Assembly (NCBI RefSeq): GCF_021028975.2
Contig: NC_059427.1
Span: 72,292,001 to 72,356,000, forward strand
Direction of reading: 5' to 3'
Source of the DNA: Sphaerodactylus townsendi
Taxonomy: Eukaryota
DNA: 64,000 bases
The notes beneath the pieces were generated by a model. That model was not told the DNA's origin. It worked only from the letters and a program-made list of their open reading frames with translations, and did no database searches. Of this stretch, positions 35,101 through 47,100 are shown piece by piece; position 1 is the first letter of the stretch, and every line of letters begins with the position of its first letter. A program made the translations under genes and the position numbers.

Positions 35101-38100
35101 AGAATTCTTAATGCAGAAACGTGGCCATTATTATTAATATTAGCTTCACTTAAGTCTATCTTCCTCACTGGAGACACTGGAATATCTAGGAGGAGCAAGG
35201 GGGTCTCAAGCCCTAGGCATCACTTCTTGGGGCTGCATTTATCACCCCACCCCCACCCTCATAACTGCACCCGGGGTCTGGAGTTTGGGACTGGGACGTA
35301 GTTAAAGGTCGGCAAGCCTTGCTTACTCTGCCTGCAATCTCCATGTGGGGCTGGCCCCAAACCTAATCTCCACCTGGAGATGGGAGCAGCAAGAGCCCAT
35401 TTGAGCCTGGCTGGGGTCAGGCTTGAATCCAACTCTGTTGTAGCCTGTAGCTCAGAGCTAGATCCAAGACTGGCCCCAGCCGTGGCCAGACTGAAGCCGG
35501 CTACTCTTATCCCTCTAGCTTGATACCGATGGATCCGTCTCTCAACTCAATATTGGGTTGGAGATGAAGCTTGGGATCCAAGAGCTGGATCCAAGCCTGG
35601 CCCCAGCTGGACTCAAATGGGCTCTTGCTGCTCCCATCTCCACATGGAGATTGGGCATGGGGCCAGCCCCACATTCAATCTCCTCATGGAGATGGGGAGC
35701 CCAGCTGGCCCTGTTCACAATCTTTGCAATCTCCACATGGAGATTGCTGGTGGGGCGAGAAGGGGTCACTGGCTTTCAAGCTATTTGGGGGGGGGGGGGG
35801 GCAGTATGCCCAGGCTATCCGCAGGCCCTATTTTAAGTAGATATGTCCCTGCAAGAGGATTGGAGATTACTCAGTCAATGGTTGCCTACATTTCTGTAGA
35901 AAGAATGAGTGAATACACCTATAGTCTCCTTGTTGTGCACACCTTTGTGAATTACCTTCTCTGACGAGCGCTAGGGGCAGCGAAGACTTGAACATGATGT
36001 TCTGAGAAGTGTGTAAGAAACTGCAATTTATACGTAACTTTCTCTTTAGAAGAGTTGCCTGTTGTTTACGCATTCTATTCCTAAATGGCCAGAACAGCAG
36101 AAATAACCCTGTACAATACTTATGACAGCACAATGTTTGATAGGCAACAGTCAGATTTTAATCTTACAATGCAAATATAGGATGAGAGATATTTCCTGGA
36201 TGGCCATGCAGCTCATCCATGAGCAGGTTCAGGATCCAAACTGATGTGTTCTACACCCTCTTATACGAACTGAAATGGAACTGGCTAAAACTGAGCAACC
36301 CCTGCGTTGCTTTTCCTACAGTGTGCCCAGAGCTGAACTCAATGGACAAGAGGTACTTGGAAACTTAGAAGACTATTTTAAATGGGTTGTCTTTTCGTTG
36401 GCTAGTTAGCAAACACTATAAGACATGATGAAAAGGCTCAGATATTGATAAGCCTGGCATCATGAAGGATAAAAAGGATTAGGACTGCTCGAAGTGTGTT
36501 TTGTTGTGCCATGAAGTCTATATTTAATGTAAAATATATGAAGATCTTATAAAGTGCCAGACTTCCTAGATTCCAGGGAAACCAATGATTCTAATGAAAC
36601 TCTTCAGTGTTTTAACAAGGAATCATTTTGGGGAAGCTGCTCTGTGTTCTTTTGCCATTTGGTAGTGGACTAAACTGTCAGATCCAGGGTCTTCTCTATT
36701 AGACATAATAATGTCTTGAATTCGCCACCCAGGGAAACGTCTGGCCATCTCCATTCTGACTTCCACAAGGTTTGCCAAAACCTTCTCATTTAATAAAAAG
36801 GCCTTCAAGCTAGAGAAGTGTCATTGGGCTAGTGGAGCTGCTTCATTTTAGACACTATACTGACATTTGCTGATTGTTTTAAGCCAATGAGGGAATTCTA
36901 TTAAATGTTTATTGTGGTGTTTCTTTTCATCTGGAATGGTTGAGAACTTTATGCTGGATTGAAATGTTAGAAGTGAATAGTTAAAACCATATATAGGATT
37001 CTTGAGGCACAAGGAGAGAGCTGCAAGCCAAGGATACTACTGAGTAATACAGAATGTAATGCGTTGTTTTACCATCAAAGCAAAATGCAGAAGATTTTGG
37101 TGTGTCAACACAAATCCAGAACAACAGAACACACATTGGGAAAAAGAAAGGAAGGGGCCTGCAGTGAAAAATAATCAAAACCTTCTTTCCTAGCAGGTAG
37201 TCCTGGCCCCAGTCACATCCAGTTGCCAGGGATTTTCCTGCCCTGGCCCCAGTCTGGTGGATCTCTGATGAATGAGACCTGGGTCCTGAGGAACTTGGGT
37301 CAGTTCTGCAGGGCCTGTAAGATCTATGGTTGAGAGCAGTGATGGTTAGACATCAATTGTCCTCTCTTGCTAGACCCTTCAAGTGTTTGTATCCTCTGCT
37401 GTTACTTGCTGTGACCTTTATGGGTTTTTGCTCATCCAGAAGAGAAATTATTAGGTGAAACCTTTTAAATAATTTTTAGATTGTTACAATTAATCTGCGT
37501 TTTAATTATTAATGCATAATTCTATCATTATAAGAGGATATTGACTCTATAATTTATTTTTAATGATTTATATGGTTGTTAGCCACCGACAGCCTGACTT
37601 CCATTGGGAAAAGGTGGGATGGAAACTGAATAAAAATAAAGCCACCAACAGTCCACTGGAGCCAAAGGAGCTCAATACATATCTTACACTTCATTGAGAC
37701 GACTCCATCCCTATAGTAATGTTAAGAAGCCCTCATTTTACCATATTCCCCCTTGGTACAAATGCTACACAAAACTGAACAATTAAATACTTACAAAAAG
37801 AGAAAGGAGAAATGCAGGAGAGCCCATGGGGACACTGTCCTGTTAGAAGACAAACAGGAGTGATCAGATTTGACAGAAACAAGCACAAAGAAACTGCCTG
37901 ACTTCCACTGCAGTTATAGCTCAATACTCCGTCCCATTCCCTCTAAGGGGCACTTCTCACATAGCCGACATGATGAATTGCTACACAAGATACCAAATTA
38001 CAGGGGCTGCTAGCTTGGCTACAGAAAGGGCTCCAGAACAATTAATTTCCCTCAGCCTGTCTGCATTTGTTATTGGCGGCCCTGCATACCCAAGGATCAG

Positions 38101-41100
38101 GAAGCTCTTAGTTCAGAAGTTGCTATCAGACAGGCTGATAAACTAAACACCAAGTGATCTGCCTCAGTTGAGCTTGATGGTGGCAGGTAAAATTATGTCC
38201 TTTCCAGTTCTTGGCTGGTAAAATTCTTTGCTTCAGTATGGCTTTAAACTCTCCACTCAGATTATACCTTAGAACTGATCTCCACAGACTGACAATGCAA
38301 TCCTAGGGAGAGTTACTCTAGCCTAAGTCCATTGAAGTGAAGGAGCTCAGACTGGAGTAACTCTCCACAGGATTTCATTGTAAATCACCATTCTTTGGGA
38401 ACAACCTTTCACTCCAAAGACCGAGCCACCCTTTTCGGAGAACTCAACTCTGAAGGACTGCTAGAAGTGGGAGACTGTAACAGCCATCTTCATTACTTAA
38501 CAACTCAAAGACAAACATATTTCTATTCCAATAGATATTTTAATTGGATTTCAAAGCTACTTGAACCCCACCCTGTGGATTTACAGTGTAACAAATGACT
38601 TGAACCATCTTCCCCAAATAAAGCCAAGGATCAGCAGCTGATTAGCCCCCACCTTCTCTGAAGCATCTTGTTTCCGAGTGGAATCTCGTCCACGCAGACT
38701 TTTTGCACTGATCCCAGACTCAGACGTCTGCATGATCAGCTGTGTGGCTAGAAATTGCTGCAAGAAACCACATAACAGCTATTAGGGTTCTCAACATGAT
38801 TGCATGTTAGTGGCTTTGCTACCACAACGTTGGACTTTTCAGTTACTGGTTTGTTTCTAAGCCTGCATTCCTTTTAGGAATGATAAGTCAGCAGGTTACA
38901 TCATTTCTTTCTATCAGAATTTGACAAGCCAATGAGACATTCAAGATGTCAAAAGGAGCAGGCCTCTTTCCTAATTTTGATCAGCACCTCCCCACACTAG
39001 ATCAGGAAATGAATACTGCCCTGACTGTGCCTTTACCTGAATCTGTTCCAAGACATCTCGCTGCATTTCTACAGCCATGTGGTACACATCATGGTCAGAG
39101 CTGTTGTACATGACAGCATTCTGGAACATTAGCATGATATCTCGTTGGAACTCTGCCGTGGTCCGGATCAGCCCATTTTCAATATTTTTTTTAATAGTTG
39201 ATAAATCCATTGGCCTGTCACCAGTAAAGTAATCAAGCTGTTAGCTTTGACAACAGGATTTACTTTTAAAAATTCAGTTTGCAAAAGACAAGAGGCAACA
39301 ACTTTTAAAACCAGCTGATCTGATTCCCTTCTTTCTCTCTCAAGCATCCAAATTATCTTCACTATGACCTTAAGCCATTTCATTATTGCTTTGCGCTAAT
39401 GCCTTAACTTCCTACCTTACATTATTTTTAAATCTCCAGTTTTAAACTTGTTTTGACATTCCATCTTTCCTCCCCCCCCCTTTTTTTTTTACCTTCTGCA
39501 GCTTTAAGCTTCATTCCTTTCTCACTTACTGTTGTAAGCGGCTCTGAACAACTTTGAAAAATGGGATATAAATATTTTTAAAATAAATATATTCTATAAG
39601 TATTCCCAGGTAATTGACTGTACCGGTGCTAGGCTGAACAGATCCTCCCAAGGTTCTAAATGAACAATGCTTTGCTTCTCTCTGGAATGTCTCATACCCA
39701 CTGAGAAACAATACTGATCTCTAAGAGACTGAATCAATATTAGCACAGAAATGGTTACTGACCTCTGTACAATACTGTGGTATCCTGGTGCTATATCATC
39801 AGTTACAGGCTGCAAGAAGACATTGGCATATCTGTATAAGGAAACAGACATCAGTGAGTCCTTATAAAATAAGACAACTGGCTGTTGAAAACCAAGTAGA
39901 CACTAAGCCAAGATGGCAGCACAGTCCCCACGTACAGAAGTGCTGATCAGTCTTCTCACCCATTTGTTCAACATATTAGAGTCAAGGAATTCTGCAGTCT
40001 GAAACCCCACATTCCACAACTTGGTTCATACTAAAAAGTGTCCCCATTTTGTCTATTTGTTTGGGCCAGTTCTACCAAACTGGAGAGGCAGAATTGGGAC
40101 ATGTGAAACATGGGCAACTACAGATATGAAAAATCAGATGCACAAAGTGGGAATTGCAATATGTGATGATATGCTACCAACTTGCTTTGAAAGTATTTGA
40201 TTTAGTCTATTGAACATCTTTTCATCCAACGATGTTTTAGAGTGCATAGAAAGACATCAGATAAACTAATTATCCTAAATTCATAAAAATATCTCAGGAA
40301 TTGTTTCCCTCTTCAATCAAGTTCAAATGCCTTCTGGAAGAGAAAATTTTTAAATTCAGCCTGAAAGGCCTATATACAGATGGTGTCAGCTGAATGAATG
40401 ATCATGAATGAAGCTCTGTCCCCTTCAATTCTTGGGGGACAGAGCTTCATTCATAATGAAGGGAGGCCCTCCCATGAGCCTCAGTAAACTTAATCTCAGC
40501 TAAGCTAATGCTATCCATGAATTTTGGAACTCAGCCAACCAACACTTCCTCTGAGTTTTCCAACATATCCACAAAGACTTGTCAACATGTTGGTATATGA
40601 GACACCTTGGATTCTCAAACTATTACAGAGGCTGCCAGATTTTGTGCTAAAAATTTCCATGGAACTTCAAATGCTGGAGAATTAAAAGCATGAAGCCTTT
40701 CCTTTACTTTCTCAAATGCCGAAGGTTGGGGGGGCTCCTTTCCTCTGACTACTTTCCTGAAAGAATGGCACAGAGTTTGGGGACTGTCAACTTACCTGTG
40801 ATTGGCTGCTGCTCTCCAAACCAGCATAATTGCTTTTTTCCAAATTTTCTGGGCTTGAATGGCTTCCTGATCCTCACTGCAAACAGAGCTGGAGGGAGAA
40901 AATCACTGGTCAGATCAGGACATAGACAGACCCCAAAATTAAATCAAAACAGGCAGAGTTCCACCAGGCAACTAGCCAGGACTCCTCACTAAACAGCCCC
41001 CACCTGCCCACACTTCTCCATGCAAGGGAAAGAAGGATGTCTCTCTTCCTAGCAGCTGGAGTCTAACTATGAAGCTCCTCCACACAGCAACACAATTAAA

Positions 41101-44100
41101 AAAACAAAAGCCTTACAGTGACAGGAGTCAGAGCTAGTTTATACTACAGACCAATGGTTAGTCCTGAACCTCTCAGGAGGCCAGAGGCACGATCTAGAAT
41201 GTCTACAAGTAGCTGTAGGTTCACCAATACTCACAACTGTGAGGAGGCAGGGCTGCTGGGGATGGAGTCAGCCAGTGTGTGAGACTGCAAAGGTGCATTA
41301 TGGATACTGAAGCCATCATCGCTCTCACTCACAGGGGGCTCATTGTCCATTTCTGAAAGATATCCCTCACCCTGATCTTCCTCTTTGGGTTCCTCCAGAC
41401 TGGCAGCCTCGCTGGCACCATCCTCCTCATCCTCTTCACCCTGAGCATCCTGAGGTACAGGATTAAAATTCCAGCAATCAGCATGACCAGCTGCCAGTAA
41501 CAGCACCTAGGCCAGCCTCCAAGATGACCACAGTGGGGAAAGCAAAAGGACTCTAGCTACCACTAAGCCGTTCTAGAGTCACATGGTCAATCATCCCCAT
41601 CACAGCTAAAAGATACTCTGGGAGAGGCTTTTTTTAGCTAGCGGTGGCCCCTTGAAAGCTGCAGGAAAGGCATGACCCCTACTTTGGAAAAGGTTAACTA
41701 AAATATTCCTTCCAGTCTATACTATGAGTAGTCAGCACACCCCTGAGACAGCACCATGCACCAGTTCTGGCTAGCTCAATCTCTGGACTCTTAACAGCTA
41801 ACAACTACTCTCAATATAAATGTGTCAAGTGATTCTGGATTTTAAAAAATACCTTCACCTGGTTTTCAAAAAGAGCTTGGGCTTCCTCCTTCATTGATTC
41901 TGGAAAGAGGAAAATAAGAACAGTTTTATGCTAAGGAGTAGTTGTGGTTTCTCGCCCAGCTTGGAATAGCCACTTACAAGGACTTCCAGGCCATCAGGTC
42001 CCCCGCTCCCCAGTCCCCTAGCAAACCATTCTCTTTCTCCATCAATCTAATCAGGTTACCTGAGAGGTCATATTTGTGGTGAAGGTCTGGCTGTGAGGAG
42101 TCTTCACTTGCACTTGGAACATGTGGAGAGGAAGTATCATCATCAAGGGGGAGCTAGGAAGAAACACAGAATATCCTAAAGTATTAGGACTTCCCCCACC
42201 CCCCTTTCCTGAGCTTATCATGCAGCCACTAAATATGATTAAGGCCTATATAATGAAAATAGCAACAGCAACCTGGTTGCCTATATAGAAAAGCAGTTCA
42301 CGTTCAGGCATCAGATTTCCCAAAAACCTAACATATAGCCAGAGCTGGGGGCATGTCGCAGTCCTGCAGGAGTGAAATAAAAATGCAGAATGTGGCACCA
42401 GATAAAGATTTCAGTGTCTCTGTCTTCACCGTTTTCACAAAAGCAACTAGAAAAACGACTCCCTGCAACCATTTGGGCAATGTTGGCGGCAACCTCAGAA
42501 TCTAGAACAGTAGACGGGGAAGATTTCTGTGGGGTTGTGGCTTCAGTGATCACCACCCCTCCCCTTGCCTAGCAAAAGCAGGATGAATTAAGCAGCAGCA
42601 ATGTACAGGTGTTCTCGGTTTGCATATAAGCAGTGGGATCTGAGGCTGTCTGGGTGTGGAACTGTTATTTTATATGTGGTAAATATAGTCTTGAATACGA
42701 CCAATGAAATCGCCAGGTCTCTGTTCTATGCACGCTCGCTGAAAGGAGCATCAGACCAATGGCCTCTCCCCGCTTGTTCTTCACTTGCCCACTCAATAGT
42801 CCCAAAGAAGCCTCCTCAACCACATACCTCTGACTTCACTGTGGCATGCTGCACTTCCTCTTTTGACGATTCTACCTCCATTTCAGAACTCTGAACGCCA
42901 GCAACTGCTGCCTGCCGTTCCTCAGAGACACGGCCCCTCAGATCAGGGGCTTCGTTTGTTCTGGTCACTTCCTCAGAGCCCAAATGTATCTGCTCCTGCT
43001 CTGCAGGCTCTGTTTTTATTTCTGTCCCCAGATCCCCAATGCTAATCAGATCTCTGATCCCTTTAGCTTCAGATTCCTCACAGTCAGCTCTCTCTTGCTT
43101 TATGGTCATAGCCATTTGGGGAATCTGATTCTGCTTCTCGTGCTCCTGTTGGATTGGATGTTCTCGCTGGATTGGATGTTCCCAGGGGCTAGTCAATGAC
43201 TGGGGGTCCTCGATCTCTTCACAAAAAGACAAAGCAGCCTCAACTGCTGCCACATCCAAGACTTCAGGATGGTCATCCACCTATACCAAAGCAATAACAG
43301 ATCATGACATACAGGTGCACTCAGTATCTGAGGCTAGAAAGGTGGCAACCTGAAAAAGGGCCTTCTCAGTACTGGCACCAAAACTTTAGAATTGCCTCCC
43401 CAGGGATATTCGTCTATCTTCGGCCAGGGAATGAAGACTTTTTATTTCATTTGGCATTCCCTCCTTCCTGTTGGTGTTTTTAATCATTGATATTTCTCTG
43501 GGTCTATATGTGTGTGTATTATTTTAAAAGGTTGATTTTAATGTCTTCTCTTTGCTGCCTTGTGAGGCCTCTGAATAGAAAGGTGGTATAAAAATGTTCA
43601 ACAACAACAACTAGAACAGTAAAGCTCTTGCAGAGAAGGCAGCAGAGACTACGCCTCTTCCATTCTAAAGGTGAGGGTAAAGAATTGTAAGAAAGAGCAA
43701 AAAGTGAAATATTTGTATTTTTAAGATTGTCCAAAGTAGGCAATAGCGTTGTAGCAGGTTGGGGACCAAAGCATTAAAGCCCACCTAAACAACTGCTTGC
43801 AGATGTGGAATATCATAATGGGTGTGAAGTGTCCCTTTGAAAACAAGTTATTTTCACTGCTGGCAATACACTTCGAAACATAAGATTAGAAACCCCGTAT
43901 GCCACATAGCAGTAAGCTGCTGTCCTCTCTGTCAAAACCAAGGTCAGCTTTCATATTTAAAGCCCCATCTCAAAAAGCTTCCCTGGAATGGTCTGACATC
44001 CTTTAAAAACAATGGAAATGCATCACTAATTCATTTAGTGCATCATCATGGCTACAAGACAAGACATTAGAAGAAATAATAGAAATGAAGTTTCAGGTTG

Positions 44101-47100
44101 ACTACTACAGACTGAAGTTTGCGTTCTAAAAAGGAAAGCTACCTTGTAAAGGCTATAGAAATGCTCAGGTTTGCTTTTACCCAAGGACTGAAATCCACCC
44201 AAAAGAAGTGCTACAAAGCTTTAGAAAGTTGCTCAGACTTTAACAGTTCTCAGTATGAAGGAAGTCCATTCTTAGGGAACCATTATGAAAAATGCCTCTC
44301 CGTGTATCTTTGACACATACATTTTTTGCACAGAGAATCCAAACAAGAAAGGTTTCTTCATAAGGCTCTATGACTTGAAGTTGGGGAAGGGGCAAGGGAC
44401 GGCCTCTGATCTTGGGGTGCGCTTTGAAGATGTGCTAAGTACCTCTGCAGTCAGAGCAAGCTGACAGGGGGAACTTCTCCCTCTCCCAAAAAGGCTAGAA
44501 CTGGAGGGTGTTCAATGAAGCTGATGGGCAGTAGATTCAGGACAGACAAAAAGATATACTTCTTTAAAAAGAGACTGATTAAAATGTGGAATTTGCTGCC
44601 ACAGGATGCAGGGATGGCCACAGCCATAGACAGCTTTAAAAGGAAATTAGACAGATCCATGAAGGATAGGCCTATCAGTGGCTGCCAGCCATGGTAACTA
44701 AAGGGCAGTCAGCCTCTGAATCCCAGTGCCAGGAGGCAACATCAGGCGAAGGCCTCAGCCTCTATGCCTTGTTGCTAGACCTTCAGATAAACAGTCTGGC
44801 AGTGTGTGACAGGATGCTGGATTAGATAGACCACTAGTCTGATCCACTAGCAGAGACATGACCTTTCCCTGAGTCAGGGAAGGAGTAGGGTTATGCTGAC
44901 CAGAAAGACCAGCCAAATTTGCAGACCTCTCTTCTAGGTCACTTTCACAGCCAATTCACAAGTTACAGAGTCCGTATGGCTGGTTGACACAAGTGATCTA
45001 GGAGTGCCCAATCTGAAGCTCTTGATTTGAATTTGGACTACAACACATGGGAAGAAGCCACTTAAGTTTGTCCCCCACCATGCCATTTTCCATTTTACCA
45101 GTCTGAAACACACTGGGGAGCCTGCATTTGCTCTGTTAGGGAGGTGTACCTGCAGCTGTCAGTGCACCCAAGTTTACCCAACAGGGCAAATAGCTGCTCC
45201 CTGGGCCCACTTCAGGTTGGGAAAACAGTAATGGAGGAGTGGCACACTTAAGCACCTTCTCTCCCTGTGCAAAATTGGGCCCCAAAACATCTTGGAATTG
45301 AGTTCCCAGTGGGAAACTCCCCATGCTATCTGACTGAAAGTCCTAAAGTATGCCATAAAGGCTTAATAACATATGAGCTGAATTACAGTTCAGTACCTCT
45401 AGATTCAAAGAAGGAGTTAATGAGAGAGAAATGTACTGGGGATCAAGGAATTACTTAAAGCTATAGATGTAAACAGCTTTACACACCTTGTCTTCAATGA
45501 TGGCTATGATATCCCCAACAGTCTCAAAGTCCAGTTCTTCCCCAGTATAGGAAGGCTCTTCCCCTGCATAGGAAACTGCAATATCCATCTTCTCAGCCAG
45601 ATCTAGGTCTTCCTTCCCATCCATGTGGTCTTTGGAAGTCCCTACAGCAACCGATGCCCCAGAGCCCAGGCACTCTTTCTTGATGGAATCAATGATCATG
45701 GAAATTTCACTGCTGTCCATTGACACTGTCACAGAGTGAGGATCGGGCACTGCCTCCATGGGAACACACGCGTTGGGCTGACTCACTGGACAAGAGTGAC
45801 AAGTCAAGTGAAAGCCTGGCAGCTGTGGCAACCAGCAGGTGGGTCAGATCAAGAAATCAAAAGCATTCTACAGCCCCGAATCAAAGGCACAATCCCCACC
45901 AATCACAGATGGATTCTAAACAGGAACTGACTCATAGCCTAGCTGAGTTCCCCTCACTCCCTCAACCCAAATCATCCTTCCATTTACTCATGTATTTTCA
46001 CTGAAACCCTGGGTGCTTCTTCTCAACTATCTCCATACCATTATTTGCCCCTCTGACTCTTGGGATCAAACATTTTACTATGGATATGGCCAAAGCCCCT
46101 GTTCATACACCCCTTCCGCTGACCCTAAAGGAAATCTTCTTTAAGGCAGCAAGTGACATATGAGTGCAAGGACGCACCTGACACTACACTTTCAGGAGTT
46201 GCGGTTGGTGGCACAGCAGGTGGTGCTGGTAGTGTGGGCACCGTGACTAAAGTTGTCTGAGACACGGATTCTACAGGGGGAGGCAGACGTTTGGCTGGAG
46301 GTTCACTGGCGGCAGCAGAAAAGGAAGCAAGCGATGTGGTGAACTGTGCTGGACCAGCTTCTAAAAGGCGGGAAAGAGTAGGAGCACCTACCAAAGGATG
46401 AAGATGGGAAAGGCACATTAGCCAAGAAGCAACTGCTACTCAGGCCAACAAAGCAAGCAAACCCTGGGCTCTTCGTAGAGCCCATGCTCCAGGGCTATAA
46501 TTGTGACACATATGCCAAACTGGATACAAACAGCAGCCTTCAGAGTCTGTTGAAGTCCCTAGAACATCCCAAGGGCACTGTAATGGAAAACCTGGCAACA
46601 CATGGTATCAGTAATGGAAATCTATTCTGCACCTAAGTGACTGAAGCCTGTGGTAAATCCACCCATTATTCAATGGAAAATTAATAACATTGGTGTGCTA
46701 TGTCTTGATTTGCTTGTTCACATCCCAACATTTGGGAACTTAAAGAAGTCACAAAACACTGATATGGATTAAATGGTTTAAAGCAAGCAAGGGAAATACA
46801 CACTACAGATACACACTACAGAGTAAGGGCACAGGGAACAGCAGCACACAAGGGGAGCTACATGGGGCTTCCATAACATCTGACTAGCTAGCAGATACCC
46901 AAGTCTTCAGCTGACAAAGTTGAATTAGAAATCCTACTGGTACCATTGCAGTGGAATTTTCTGCAACGATCACAGATTTCCCCCCACTTTCCTCTTCTCC
47001 CAGCAGTCATTTTCCATCCAGGAAAGCAGATTTCCAATGCCAGAAATGATGCTTGGAGGAGGAAAAAGCAGGAAAGATTCACAACAACCAGCACCATCCA

